Shown piece by piece: positions 1-10,432 of a stretch of 64,000 bases of DNA. Numbering within the stretch: position 1 is the stretch's first letter; each line of letters opens with the position of its first letter. The notes beneath the pieces are model-generated. The model worked only from the letters and a program-made list of their open reading frames with translations, ran no database searches and was not told the DNA's origin. The stretch lies in the NCBI GenBank assembly GCA_964647255.1, contig CAZYGI010000013.1, positions 1,846 through 65,845 on the forward strand, in the 5' to 3' direction. Made by a program: the position numbers and the translations under genes. The DNA is from an uncultured Anaerolineales bacterium. Its GTDB lineage: Bacteria; Chloroflexota; Anaerolineae; CG2-30-64-16.

Positions 1-1
1 C

Positions 2-1930
2 AACGGCCACGTTGATATTGACAACCAGAATTTCCAGATGAGCCTCTACGCCAGCGGGTCAAGCTGCAAAGACGGCATCATCGAGTTTGATTTCTTCTAC
101 GAGCCGTGGACCTACCGCTTTTTTGCCGGCAATTTTCAGCCGGACGGCTACGACTGCGTGCGCGACGCCTTCATCGGCCCCTACCGGACGGAGACAAACC
201 CCCTCGCGGTCGAACGCGGTGTTTGCAGCGGCAGCGCCGAGCTTGGGGGCAACCACTGCGGCTCGCTCCAGAAGCGACTCAGCCTCCAGCCCGGCAAGGA
301 GGCCCGTCTGCTGTTCATGCTCGGCATCGGCTCCCGCGGCGAGGCCGGTTATGCCATGCAGCGGAAGTACGGGCAGCCCGGCGCAGTGGATCGGGCCTTC
401 GCCGATTTGCAGGCCTACTGGCAGCGCAAGACCGATGTGCTCCAGGTGCAGACGCCGCACGAGGGGCTGGACACGATGATCAACACCTGGACGCTGTACC
501 AGGCCGAGACGTGCGTCGTGTGGTCGCGCTTTGCCTCCTTCGTCGAGGTGGGCGGCCGGACGGGCCTCGGTTACCGCGACACGTCGCAGGATGTGATGGC
601 TGTGCCGCACACCAACCCAGCAAAGGTCAGGCAGCGCATAGTCGAGCTGCTCAACGGCCAGGTGCGTCAGGGCTACGGCCTGCACCTCTTCGACCCCGAT
701 TGGTTCAAGCCGCCGGACCGCAAGCTGCCCGGCGCCAAGCTGCCGACCGTCGTCCCCACGCCGAGCAAGGACCAGTACCTCCACGGCCTGGCCGACGTCT
801 GTTCCGACGACCACCTGTGGATCGTGGCTTCCGTCTGCGAGTACGTCAAGGAGACCGGCGACGTCGGCTTCTTCAATAAAGTCGTACCGTTTGCCGACGA
901 GGGCGAAGCGACGGTCTACGAGCACCTCAAGCGCTCGCTCGACTTCTCGGCCGGCCAGATCGGCGCGAACGGCATCTGCCTGGGGCTGCGCGCGGACTGG
1001 AACGACTGCCTGAACCTGGGCGGCGGTGAGAGCGCCATGTCGCATTTCATCTTCCACTGGGCGCTGCTGGCGTTTGTCGAGGCCGCGCACTACTTGGGCC
1101 GCGAGGATGATGCGGCGCAGTACGCGGCGATCGCCAGCCAGATTGCGGCCGCGGCGGAGGCGCAGCTTTGGGACGGTGAGTGGTACCTGCGCGGCTTCAC
1201 CAGGACCGGCCGCAAGATCGGCTCGCACGAGGCCGGGGAAGGCAAGATCCACCTCAACGGCCAGAGCTGGGCGGTGCTGTCGGGCGTGGCGGGTCAGGAG
1301 CGCGGCCTGGCGTGCATGGATGCGGTGGACAAGTATCTGTACTCGCCCTTCGGCGTTCATCTGTGCTGGCCCAGCTACACCCAGCCTGACGACGAAATCG
1401 GCTACGTGACGCGGGTCTATCCCGGCGTCAAGGAGAACGGCTCGATCTTCAGCCACCCCAACCCATGGGTCATCATGGCCGAGACCAAATTGGGCCGCGG
1501 GAATCGGGCGATGAAATTCTACGACGCGCTGCTGCCGTACCGCCAGAACGACATGATCGAGATCCGACAGGCCGAGCCGTACTCCTACTGCCAGTTCATC
1601 ATGGGTCGCGACCACACCGCGCACGGCCGGGCGCGGCATCCCTGGCTCACCGGCACCGCGGGGTGGATGTACACGGCGGTGACCAAGCATATCTTGGGCA
1701 TCCAGGTCGGCTTCGACGGCTTGACCGTGGCTCCGTGCATCCCCGCCGACTGGGCCGAGTTCAGCGCCACCCGCCAGTGGCGCGGCGCGACGTATCACAT
1801 CACGGTTCAGAACCCGGACGGCGTGCAGCGGGGCGTCCGCGCGGCCATACTCAACGGCGCGCCGACGCAGTTCCCGCTCCCGCCACAGCCCGCGGGGACA
1901 GTGAATGAGCTAAAGGTGGTGATGGGATAA
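2..1930 (+). CDS. GH94-family glycoside phosphorylase (cellobiose/chitobiose phosphorylase-like), 5' end outside window
   Basis: ORF 38..1930 stays open in the same frame back to nt 2, so the N-terminus is off-window. Motifs GLGYRDTSQD, SIFSHPNPWVIMAE and HPWLTGTAGW resemble the catalytic domain of GH94 phosphorylases (recognised from memory). Confidence 0.7.
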   Translation, partial: NGHVDIDNQNFQMSLYASGSSCKDGIIEFDFFYEPWTYRFFAGNFQPDGYDCVRDAFIGPYRTETNPLAVERGVCSGSAELGGNHCGSLQKRLSLQPGKEARLLFMLGIGSRGEAGYAMQRKYGQPGAVDRAFADLQAYWQRKTDVLQVQTPHEGLDTMINTWTLYQAETCVVWSRFASFVEVGGRTGLGYRDTSQDVMAVPHTNPAKVRQRIVELLNGQVRQGYGLHLFDPDWFKPPDRKLPGAKLPTVVPTPSKDQYLHGLADVCSDDHLWIVASVCEYVKETGDVGFFNKVVPFADEGEATVYEHLKRSLDFSAGQIGANGICLGLRADWNDCLNLGGGESAMSHFIFHWALLAFVEAAHYLGREDDAAQYAAIASQIAAAAEAQLWDGEWYLRGFTRTGRKIGSHEAGEGKIHLNGQSWAVLSGVAGQERGLACMDAVDKYLYSPFGVHLCWPSYTQPDDEIGYVTRVYPGVKENGSIFSHPNPWVIMAETKLGRGNRAMKFYDALLPYRQNDMIEIRQAEPYSYCQFIMGRDHTAHGRARHPWLTGTAGWMYTAVTKHILGIQVGFDGLTVAPCIPADWAEFSATRQWRGATYHITVQNPDGVQRGVRAAILNGAPTQFPLPPQPAGTVNELKVVMG

Positions 1931-2092
1931 GCAACCCGGCGTACGCCGTCGGGCAGACCTTTTACCTGCCCGTCAAGGCTTCATTGAATGAAGCGCGAGG
2001 CGGCTAACAGCCCCATCCTCTGCGCTCAGTCTGGCACCCCCTGACGCGGCTTGCTGACCAAAGGAACTTCGGCACTTCGCGCCGCACTGGCC

Positions 2093-3664
2093 CTAACGCA
2101 AGACCAGCGGGAGCATAATGCGATTATGGCTGTTTGCCGTGATCTGCATGCGCCCAACCACAGGGATCGAGATGACCTCGTCCGCGCCCACTTCCAAGCT
2201 GATCACCGCCTGGCCAGGCGGCGCGGTAGCGGTTATGACAAAGTCAAGGGTGTAAGTCGCGCTCTGGCCAGGCGCCAGGCTGCCGCCGGTGAACCCCGCG
2301 TCCGAGGCGCTGAAGCCGCTGCCCTGTCCCTGGATCGCGCCGCTGCCGGGTCGAACAGACAGCCCGGGCGATGCGTTCATCGCCGTGCTGTTGATGTGAG
2401 TGATAGCGACCGGGCCGACATTGATCATCACCGCGCTGAACCGCAACACGTCGCCTGGGTGAGCTGGGCCGCTCGCCAGGCCGCTGAGATCGGTGAGGCT
2501 TCCCAGCGCGCTGAGCTGCGGTTCCGCGTGTTGGACTGCGCTTACGGCTACTGCACCCGAAAGCTGGCTGGAGCTGCCCACCCGGGTGAGATGGGCCGGG
2601 TCTTTTAAGGTGCTTGCGGCAAAGACTTGAACAGGACGCGGCGGCAACGCACCGGTGAACGTGAAAACGCCGCTCGCGGCAGCCGTCACTGGGGCCTGCC
2701 GGGCCAGGGTGAGCTGGTCATCGAAAAAGATATCCACCACCGAGAACGGATTGGCCATGCCAGCTACCTGCACGGTGGCGAAGCCATCGTACGACTGCGC
2801 CGTCAGGATGGTCGGAGTCTGGGCCCAGTTATTGGCGTGAGTGGGGAGGTCGTCGCCGCCCGCCACGCCGTTGCCAACCAGTCCGACCAGCGCGCGGGGG
2901 AAGGGGTCGCGCAGCGTCACACGCTGGGCGGCGCCCGTTGCATCGGCTAGCACCGTAATCGGGCAGCGGCCCGCGTTTCCGCAGCCACCCAGGTTGCCCT
3001 CGCCGCTGCCGGCAACCGTGTCGCCGAGGCGCGAGTCACTGCCGCGCGTGCTGACGATTATCGCGCCGTTGAAGTAGCTGCTGTAGACACTCGCCGCCGG
3101 TGCATCTACGACCAGGGCTGAATGTGATGGCGGCAACGTCATGATGAGCAGGCCATCCCGATCATATTCGATGCCGAGGCCCACCCCGCACACTACGGCG
3201 TTGGCGCCGGTGATCTTCAAACTCACGCCGCCGCCACCGATATCAATGTTGCGGAAGGTCGCGCCGGAGCCCAGGCTGACCACCGGGCTGATCGCCGCGT
3301 CGGCTTCGAGATTGGTCAGCGGCGTCTTGAAACTCCCGCAGCCCGCATCGCGGGTGCGGCCGACCGCGACGCCGTCCGGCACCGTCAGCGTGCTGTTGAT
3401 GAAGATCTTGTCCGCCGCGCTGTCGAACCGGGCGAAGCTCACGAAGTCGCCGCCTGTGGCATGCGCGAGCACGAAGCGCAATGACCCGCTCCGGGTCGTC
3501 AGGCTGCCGTCTGACACGCTGTCGCTTGCGCTGGTGACGTACCAGGTATCACCGGCAGCCGCAGCGGGCGCGTGGTTCCAGCCAAAAAACAAAACACACA
3601 CCAACCCAATACCCAGCAATCGTAACGTAGTGTGCACTGATCCACCCAGTTTCAGCGTTCTCAT
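2093..3664 (-). CDS. secreted hypothetical protein (Gly-rich beta-helix-like N-terminal part, DUF11-like C-terminal repeat domain)
   Basis: ORF 2093..3697. Start moved to MRTLKLGG (ATG at 3664), which precedes a hydrophobic signal-like segment LLGIGLVCVLFFGW..AAA. No enzymatic motif recognised. Confidence 0.55.
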   Translation of the reverse strand: MRTLKLGGSVHTTLRLLGIGLVCVLFFGWNHAPAAAAGDTWYVTSASDSVSDGSLTTRSGSLRFVLAHATGGDFVSFARFDSAADKIFINSTLTVPDGVAVGRTRDAGCGSFKTPLTNLEADAAISPVVSLGSGATFRNIDIGGGGVSLKITGANAVVCGVGLGIEYDRDGLLIMTLPPSHSALVVDAPAASVYSSYFNGAIIVSTRGSDSRLGDTVAGSGEGNLGGCGNAGRCPITVLADATGAAQRVTLRDPFPRALVGLVGNGVAGGDDLPTHANNWAQTPTILTAQSYDGFATVQVAGMANPFSVVDIFFDDQLTLARQAPVTAAASGVFTFTGALPPRPVQVFAASTLKDPAHLTRVGSSSQLSGAVAVSAVQHAEPQLSALGSLTDLSGLASGPAHPGDVLRFSAVMINVGPVAITHINSTAMNASPGLSVRPGSGAIQGQGSGFSASDAGFTGGSLAPGQSATYTLDFVITATAPPGQAVISLEVGADEVISIPVVGRMQITANSHNRIMLPLVLR

Positions 3665-3735
3665 CACACCCCCCGGACACACGCGACTTTGCTCCACTGT
3701 GATCTCAACCGTCAGGAAAACAACCTATCCTTGAA

Positions 3736-5820
3736 TTAACCTCCGGGCACGAGCGGAAAGTCGAACCTGGCCACCGTACGAGAAAGTACCGGTCCCCAAT
3801 TGCCTGCCATATCCCTCGCTCGCACCCACAGTGTATGCGGCGCCCCACTCACCCAGCCGCCGATGTCAACCGTCGCGGTCACCGCCTCGGTGGGGCTATC
3901 GAAAGCGCCGTCCGCGGCGACCAGCGGCGCACCACTGCCGCCGGATGGCGCAATCCCATCGGACCACTCTGCTGCTACGATATTCGACCCTGCCGATGCC
4001 CCATTGGCCGGGTCGGTGATCAGGGCCGTCAAGGTGCCTGTCGAGTTTATCGTGCCCAGGGTCAAAGTGATGCCCTCGATCACCGGGCCTGTCCTGTCCA
4101 GGTGAAGCACGGCAGAGCCGACCGGTCCCCAGTTTCCCAGGGCATCCCGGCCGTGGACATAGAAGATATGCCCGTCGCTTGCCAGCATCGCCAGATCGGC
4201 CGTCGAAAGGGTAATGGACACTGCCTCTGTCGGTGAGCCGTACGAACCATCGGCCGCAGACATTGCTACACCCTTGCCGGCGTCCCCCAAAGTGTCACCG
4301 AAATACTCGGCCGCCGTGATCGCTGAGATCGCGGAGGAAATCGTCGCCGTCAGGACGACGCTCTCCGTCCCGTTGGTCAGGCTGGGCGTCAGGCCAGCCT
4401 GGCCGATCACTGGCCCATAGACAGGCAAGAGCTGCCGATACGCAGCCAGGACGTCGAGCTGGCCGTAGCCAAAATCATTGTCCGGGCCGGCCGGTCCGAG
4501 GTCGGTTGCACTGTTGCGCAACGCAACCTCCTGTTGGGCGGCGGACAAGGTCGGATAGGCGCTTAGCAGCAGCGCCAACGCCCCTGCGACGTGTGGGGCG
4601 GCCAGCGAGGTGCCTGTGGCCGTGTAGTAGCCGCCGAACAGGTCGGTGGTGGTGATCTGAACTCCGGGAGCCACCAGGCTTGGATAGACTGCCCCTGCCT
4701 GGCCGCATGCCGAAAGCCCACGGCTGCTGGACGGGTAGATCTGGCCGGTGTTATCCACCGCACCCACTGCAAATGCCTCCGGGTAGTTGGCCGGGCTCAC
4801 GCTGCTGCCTGCACCGGGCCCGAAATTGCCCCCGGCGAACACCGGCAGGATACCGGCAGCCCGGAGCGCCTGGACATCGAGCTGGAAGGCGAGATTGCAG
4901 CCCGGGCTGCCGAAAGACCACGAGTTATTGACAACTGCCGGCGCGTCGGCGGTGGCCGGATTACCGTCGGGGTCGAGCAGCCACTGGAACGCTCGATGGA
5001 TGGCGGTCGCAGTCGCAGTGCCGCGGTCATTGAAGATCTTAGCAGCGATCCAGCGCGCTTGGGGCGCCGTTCCCAGCACCGTTCCGCTCCCCCCCCCGCC
5101 GACCATCACGCCCATCGTCCAGGTGCCGTGGCCGCTGCGATCGGTTGGCACAGTAGGGTGCTCACCGTAGGGATCGAACCAACTGTTTGTCCCGCCCCGC
5201 CATCGGTTGGCCAGGTCCGGGTGGGTCACGTCTACGCCGGAATCCGTGTTGGCAACAACGATCCCCTGGCCTTGAAAGCCCAGATCCCAAAGCGCCGGGG
5301 CCTTGATGGCTGCCAGGTTCGGCCCGGCGGGTGTGCCCGCCACTCCGACGGGCGTGATCTGGATGTCATCCGGTGTGATGCTGAAGAGTTCCGAACGCGC
5401 CGCTAACTCCTGGATGACATCCGCTGTAGCCGTGACCGAGAAGCCGTTGAACACCCAGAGGTAGGTAACCTGCCCTACCTGTCCCTGAGCCTGCCGGCTG
5501 GATAGGAGTGCTCGGATTGGCCCCTGAGTTGTGTCGGCACGTGCCTGAAGCGCCTTGATCACCTTGCGCTGGCGCTCGGCGTGGTTGGTACCGGTAATCT
5601 TGGACAGATCCTCCTGCGCCTTCAGCGTCGCAATGACTGTAGTCATGCTGCCGTCCGGCAAGTTCGCCAGGGTCTGCTGTACCTCAGGAGGGATCATGGC
5701 AACCGACCGGCCCGCCGTATTCTGAGATGGCGCCACGGGCAGGGGCATCTGCGCGCTGCCCGCGTTCGGGGAGAGGAGCAGCACAATTACCAGCACCATC
5801 AGCCCGATTTTTTGCGTCAT
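3736..5820 (-). CDS. secreted subtilisin-like serine protease (peptidase S8) with two C-terminal Ig-like repeat modules
   Basis: Signal peptide MTQKIGLMVLVIVLLL. Catalytic triad contexts VVANTDSGVD (Asp), HGTWTMG (His) and GTSLAAPHVAG (Ser). The C-terminal ~200 aa contain two copies of the AAEYF...SPTEA...YVHGRD..GNWGP module. Confidence 0.9.
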   Translation of the reverse strand: MTQKIGLMVLVIVLLLSPNAGSAQMPLPVAPSQNTAGRSVAMIPPEVQQTLANLPDGSMTTVIATLKAQEDLSKITGTNHAERQRKVIKALQARADTTQGPIRALLSSRQAQGQVGQVTYLWVFNGFSVTATADVIQELAARSELFSITPDDIQITPVGVAGTPAGPNLAAIKAPALWDLGFQGQGIVVANTDSGVDVTHPDLANRWRGGTNSWFDPYGEHPTVPTDRSGHGTWTMGVMVGGGGSGTVLGTAPQARWIAAKIFNDRGTATATAIHRAFQWLLDPDGNPATADAPAVVNNSWSFGSPGCNLAFQLDVQALRAAGILPVFAGGNFGPGAGSSVSPANYPEAFAVGAVDNTGQIYPSSSRGLSACGQAGAVYPSLVAPGVQITTTDLFGGYYTATGTSLAAPHVAGALALLLSAYPTLSAAQQEVALRNSATDLGPAGPDNDFGYGQLDVLAAYRQLLPVYGPVIGQAGLTPSLTNGTESVVLTATISSAISAITAAEYFGDTLGDAGKGVAMSAADGSYGSPTEAVSITLSTADLAMLASDGHIFYVHGRDALGNWGPVGSAVLHLDRTGPVIEGITLTLGTINSTGTLTALITDPANGASAGSNIVAAEWSDGIAPSGGSGAPLVAADGAFDSPTEAVTATVDIGGWVSGAPHTLWVRARDMAGNWGPVLSRTVARFDFPLVPGG

Positions 5821-5931
5821 CCGTCACCGCCCAACGAAAGAAATCCGCGACCCTAGACAAAGTGTGGAGGGCAGTTCTCAAGCATCACAGCCTTCGCTAC
5901 CGCCACAGCTACCGGTCATCGCCCCAAGTGA

Positions 5932-6330
5932 TTACTTCACAACCAGGGTGGCAGCCATCCCCAACTCCAAGTGCGCCGGAGTGCCACAAACCACCTTATA
6001 GGTCCCTGCCTCGCTCGGGGCGGTGAACGTTTCGGTCTTGGTCTCTCCCGGTTTTGCTTCCATCTCCCAGAAGACCTTGGCCTCGTCGTCGTCATCGAAA
6101 GGCAGCGTAACGTCCATCCCTTTCTTGAGCAATACCCATTCGTGGTCCAGGGCGCCGTCGTTCTTGAGGGTCAGTGCGACCGGCTGTCCTGCAGCGACTG
6201 TCCAGGTCGTCTTATCGAACTTGAAGTCCGTGGTGACCACGTTGAGGGTGCTCTTGGTGCTGCCGCCACAGGCTACGAGCACCAGGATACTTGTGGCTAT
6301 GACACCGGTAGTGATGAACCTTTTGAACAT
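5932..6330 (-). CDS. plastocyanin/azurin-like blue copper protein (cupredoxin), lipoprotein-like signal
   Basis: Start set at MFKRFITTG (ATG 6330), preceded by AGGAGG. Signal ends in LVACGG. Type-1 Cu ligand pattern: H in LDHEW, then C-x4-H-x4-M in VVCGTPAHLELGM. Confidence 0.8.
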   Translation of the reverse strand: MFKRFITTGVIATSILVLVACGGSTKSTLNVVTTDFKFDKTTWTVAAGQPVALTLKNDGALDHEWVLLKKGMDVTLPFDDDDEAKVFWEMEAKPGETKTETFTAPSEAGTYKVVCGTPAHLELGMAATLVVK

Positions 6331-6397
6331 AGAACAGCCTCCTGATTTGTCTCTCCGTTTTCTCACAAGATGAGCGCCTTGCGGCCCATCTTCGTTT

Positions 6398-6937
6398 TTA
6401 CTGCTGCGCGGCATATGGTCCGAAATGAGTATCGCCGATGGCGACTGACACGGAAGTGCCAGGTTTGACGATGCCGCCGGCGTTGGGATAAAGCATGTAG
6501 CGAACCTGGCCGACTTGGACCTCTCCCATCTCCTTCATGGTGTCTTCAGGGTGCGTCAGAATTACGTCACTGCCTTCCACGACCAGATCAGGCATCAGCT
6601 TGGGATCCTTCAGCCACTCCATAGCCTTGTCCGGGTTAACCACCCGATAGCAAAAATCAATCACGCCTCCCGCGGCAGTGATCCCGATCAAGGTGACCTG
6701 GATCCCGTAGCGTTCTGCCAACGCGCTATCCGGGACCAGGCCAGCGGACTCGGCGCTCGTTGCGACTGGCTGGGCGGCCATTACGCTGTGCATGGCTGGC
6801 TGAACGGCCGTTGCGCTGTCAGGAGCCACGCACCCACTCAGCGCCAACAGGTTCAGCGCTGCCAACAGCACCAACCTGATCAGAAGAACAGACGGCCTCA
6901 CTGGCAGTCTGACGTTTGCAGCCGGGTTCTTCATCAT
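6398..6937 (-). CDS. hypothetical lipoprotein
   Basis: 179-aa ORF with a hydrophobic leader and the lipobox-like LALSGC. No known domain recognised. Confidence 0.5.
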   Translation of the reverse strand: MMKNPAANVRLPVRPSVLLIRLVLLAALNLLALSGCVAPDSATAVQPAMHSVMAAQPVATSAESAGLVPDSALAERYGIQVTLIGITAAGGVIDFCYRVVNPDKAMEWLKDPKLMPDLVVEGSDVILTHPEDTMKEMGEVQVGQVRYMLYPNAGGIVKPGTSVSVAIGDTHFGPYAAQQ

Positions 6938-7064
6938 CGCATTTCTCCTACCGCAGGGGAGATCGCCCGGTTGAGACGGCCTCCCCTGCGCAGATCAGAT
7001 ACCATTCAGACTGTAGGCCCCGCGGACAGTCAACGGGAGCCTCCAACCATTGCGGCGCTTCAGA

Positions 7065-10000
7065 TCACGGGCCGAAGAGCGGCGACGCCGTGCGTTTGGA
7101 TGCGAAGGCGTCGAAGTACATGAGCGTCGCATCCCCGGTCGCCGTGATGCTTCCCAGGCGGGCCGCACCCGCCGAGTTGCTCGTGGCGGTGAGTGTCTGG
7201 GACAACACACCGTTCACGTAGAGCACCAGCGTGCCGGGGTTGGGGCCGCCACTGCCTACCGCCTGCCACACCACCTCAATGACATTATTGGCCGTGCCGC
7301 CGCTGATGTTGGCCCACGCAGCGTTAGTGTTGGTCGCGCCCACCTGAACCTGCACCTGTGGGGTAGTGCCATTCAAGCGATACCGCACACGGAACGCTAT
7401 CGTGCCGAACGCGTTTGACGTCGCGACAGCAAAGATGTCTTTGCCGGTAGATGTGTTGCCGTTGGGACGGAAGTAGAAGCGCGCATCGTAGATCGCAGCC
7501 ACAGGGGAGAAGTTGTTTTGTAGGTAATTCGAGGCGTTGCCCTGCGCCTGCATGCCGAAAGCGCCGAACAGAGCCGCCCCAGTCGTCACGTTCAGACGAC
7601 TGGTGGTCGTAGTTGAGCGACCGGACCAACTGCCGGGCAACGTCCCTGACTCGAAGCCGTCGGTGAAGATGTTGTTCGCCGCGGTGACGGTCAACACAGC
7701 GCTGTTGACTCCGGTGCTCCAGTTGCCGGCGGCATCCCGGATGCGTGCGCGCACGGTGTACTGGTGCCCGGCTGTGAGTGAAGCGGTGGGGACGGTCGCG
7801 GACAGGCCGATGAAGGCCGTGCCGCCGCCGGTCCCCGGGTTGGTACAAGTCGTCGGGCAGACCCAGTACTCGCCGCCGGTCACACCGCTGGCGAGGCCAC
7901 CGACCAGGGGATCGGTGGCACTGGTTACGGCCAGGCCTACGGAAGCTGTTCCCGCCGCGATCGAGTTCGGCGTGAGGGTAATGCCACTGAAGGTCGGCGG
8001 CGTGCGGTCGATCAGGAGGATCGTGCTGACCAGCGCGCCCCAGGTGCCGCCGGCGTCCTTGGCGTGCACGTAGATCGTGTGGTTGCCGGCAGTCAGCGCC
8101 GCGACGACTGACGCCGCGATCGTCCCGTTCAGGTTGGCCGATGGCGCCGGCGCACTGACGGTCATCACTGTGCCGGTCCCATTGGCGCCGCCCGCGTCGA
8201 TGAAGTACTCACCGGATGCGATGTTGCTGTTGCCCGTGGTCACGTCGCTCGCTGCTGCACTGATCGCGACGGCCGTGTTGTTGGTCGCGCTGGGATTCAG
8301 CGCGAGACCACTGACGGCCGGTCCGACCTTATCAATCACCAGGACCGTGCTGCTGGCCGGGCCCCAGTTGCCTGGCTTATCCTTGGCGTGTACGTAGAGG
8401 GTATGGTTCCCCTGACTGAGCGCCGCGATCGTGGTCAGCGGGATATCAGCACGGCCCGTCTCGGTCAGGCTGTTGAACAAGCCGTCGCCGGCGACGAACG
8501 GGAAGCCGGCGCCATTGGCGCCCACCGTATCAATGAAGCCTTCCGCCGCGCTGATACTCGACATGCCGTCGGTGAAGGAAGCAGTCACCCGGACAGCCGG
8601 CGTGCTCGAGTTGACACCCAGCGTCCCGTTGTTCGGATTGGGCGCCGCATTCACGCCGCTGGTCGCGGGACCGGTCTTGTCCACCGAGAGGGTGATCGTC
8701 GCGAAGGCCCCCCAGTTACCCAGCGCGTCCTTGCTGTGCACCGAGACGACGTACGTGCCCTGAGCAAGCGCATTGACAGTGGCAGCCGGGATGGTAGCGG
8801 TGAGGCTGGCGATCGGCAGCGCGGCATTCACCACCATCACCGAGCCGGTCCCCGGGCCTCCGGCGGCGCCGATGAAGTACTCGGCCGCCTGGATGTTGCT
8901 GTTGCCGGTGAAGCGATCATCGCCGGTGGCGCTCAACGCCATGGCGACCGAGCCATTGCCCGGGTTGGGCAACAAGCCGAGGCCAGTGGTGGTCGGGCCG
9001 CTCTTGTCCAGGTTGAGCACGACAGGATTGAAGGAGCCCCAGTTGCCGGCGGAGTCCTGCCCGTGGACGTAGACGGTGTGGTTGCCGCTCGACAAACCGG
9101 CCAGGGTCGCCGCCGCAATGGTGGCCTGGACGGCCTCTGTCGGCGAGGCAAACGCACCGGTCATGGCTGTGCCGCCTCCGTTCGCACCCGTTGTGTCAAT
9201 GAAGTATTCGGCCGCCTGGATGTTCGACCCACCCGTGGCGACATCGCTAACTGAGGCGGTCAGGAGCACTGCAACTGTGCCATTTGTCGCGGCAGGGTTC
9301 AAGGTCGCTGCGCTGGTTGCCGGACCGATCGTGTCTGTTGTCGGAGGCGTCGAGGCGCCGACCGTCAGGAAAGTAAGCATGCCGCCGAAGCCCGCGATGT
9401 TGTTGTTGCGCAGCGTGAAGCTTCCATCGTACAGGGCAAACTTACTGCCGTTCATGGCCGAGGCAGGCACGGTGGCGATCACGTCCGCGGTCTGGCCGGG
9501 ACCGATGGTCTCGGCGACCATCGTGTGCGAGTAGGTCGCGAGGCTGCCATCCACGGCCACCACTGTCTGGGACATGCCTAGCAGCGCCATGGAATGGGGC
9601 TGCAAGCCCGCATTGACGTACCGCAGCAGCACCTTGTTGCCGCCGGCGGCTGTGACGATCGGAGCGGTGTTCGGATACGCCTTGCCGTTGATCAGGTAAT
9701 ACTTGGGCGCGTAGTCCCGCATGTCGAAGGTGGCGGGCGTCGGACGGTTGTTTAACGCCGGGTCAACCTCCCCAAGCACCACCAGCGCCTCGTCGTTGAA
9801 GGCGGTAGCCGCGTTATTGTAGGCTTGACCCGCCGTGCCGGATCGCACGACCAGCGCGCCGTACAGGCCCAGCGCGACCTGGTGCTGTGAGTTGGATAGG
9901 AACCCGGCCTCGTACAAATAGGTGCCGGGGTTGGTGGCCGTGAAGGTGTAGGAATGCGTGCCGCCCGCGGCCGCGCCTGTCAGGTCCGGGACCATCGCCT

Positions 10001-10394
10001 GGCCCTGGAACATCATCGCGGTGGCTTCGGTCAGGTTATTGGTCAGGTTCACGGTGACCGTATTGCCCTGGTTGACGATGAGGACGGGGCCGGGCACACT
10101 CACAGGTCCGGGCGTTCCGGACGAAGGAGCGCTCTCCCCCGCATAGCCCCAGACCGTCACAGTGCTGGCATCCGGAAGCGTGATGCTGCCGGCGACGGCC
10201 CACAGATTGCAGGTCGTAGTGGTTCCCGCTGTGGTGCAGGGAGTGGCAGGCAGCGACGCCGCGAGCGGCGCCCTGACCGGCGCGAGATCCGCCGATGCCA
10301 GTGCCTCCCCATGGACCAGGCCGGCGCCGAGCAGAACCACGACCAGCAGGAGCAGGACCCCCATTCCCAACTTGTTGCGTAAGATCGTATGCAT
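7065..10394 (-). CDS. secreted multidomain protein: N-terminal multicopper-oxidase-like cupredoxin domains, five ~100-aa Ig-like repeats, C-terminal lectin/LamG-like domain
   Basis: Start set at MHTILRNKLGMGVLLLL (ATG 10394, AAGGAG 6 nt upstream). The N-terminal ~370 aa align by eye with the adjacent MCO genes (VPGPVLIVNQGNTVTVNLTNNL), but the usual HxHG site reads MMFQGQ. Residues ~375-915 are five repeats with the signature AAEYFID..G.G..M...SPTE...GNHT.YVH..D..GNWG. Confidence 0.75.
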   Translation of the reverse strand: MHTILRNKLGMGVLLLLVVVLLGAGLVHGEALASADLAPVRAPLAASLPATPCTTAGTTTTCNLWAVAGSITLPDASTVTVWGYAGESAPSSGTPGPVSVPGPVLIVNQGNTVTVNLTNNLTEATAMMFQGQAMVPDLTGAAAGGTHSYTFTATNPGTYLYEAGFLSNSQHQVALGLYGALVVRSGTAGQAYNNAATAFNDEALVVLGEVDPALNNRPTPATFDMRDYAPKYYLINGKAYPNTAPIVTAAGGNKVLLRYVNAGLQPHSMALLGMSQTVVAVDGSLATYSHTMVAETIGPGQTADVIATVPASAMNGSKFALYDGSFTLRNNNIAGFGGMLTFLTVGASTPPTTDTIGPATSAATLNPAATNGTVAVLLTASVSDVATGGSNIQAAEYFIDTTGANGGGTAMTGAFASPTEAVQATIAAATLAGLSSGNHTVYVHGQDSAGNWGSFNPVVLNLDKSGPTTTGLGLLPNPGNGSVAMALSATGDDRFTGNSNIQAAEYFIGAAGGPGTGSVMVVNAALPIASLTATIPAATVNALAQGTYVVSVHSKDALGNWGAFATITLSVDKTGPATSGVNAAPNPNNGTLGVNSSTPAVRVTASFTDGMSSISAAEGFIDTVGANGAGFPFVAGDGLFNSLTETGRADIPLTTIAALSQGNHTLYVHAKDKPGNWGPASSTVLVIDKVGPAVSGLALNPSATNNTAVAISAAASDVTTGNSNIASGEYFIDAGGANGTGTVMTVSAPAPSANLNGTIAASVVAALTAGNHTIYVHAKDAGGTWGALVSTILLIDRTPPTFSGITLTPNSIAAGTASVGLAVTSATDPLVGGLASGVTGGEYWVCPTTCTNPGTGGGTAFIGLSATVPTASLTAGHQYTVRARIRDAAGNWSTGVNSAVLTVTAANNIFTDGFESGTLPGSWSGRSTTTTSRLNVTTGAALFGAFGMQAQGNASNYLQNNFSPVAAIYDARFYFRPNGNTSTGKDIFAVATSNAFGTIAFRVRYRLNGTTPQVQVQVGATNTNAAWANISGGTANNVIEVVWQAVGSGGPNPGTLVLYVNGVLSQTLTATSNSAGAARLGSITATGDATLMYFDAFASKRTASPLFGP

Positions 10395-10432
10395 GGTTAA
10401 CTCCTTGTCTTCTGAGGGTTCCATCCGCCCGC

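Noticed and set aside
59-1798. 579-aa minus-strand ORF antisense to the GH94 gene
   Set aside because: Arg/Ala/Gly/Pro-dominated translation with no motifs. It fully overlaps a plus-strand ORF that has clear enzyme motifs. This is a typical high-GC antisense artefact.
1976-1995. Hairpin GCTTCAT-TGA-ATGAAGC between the convergent GH94 and beta-helix genes as a bidirectional terminator
   Set aside because: The stem is only 7 bp with no U-tract on either strand. This is too weak to call.
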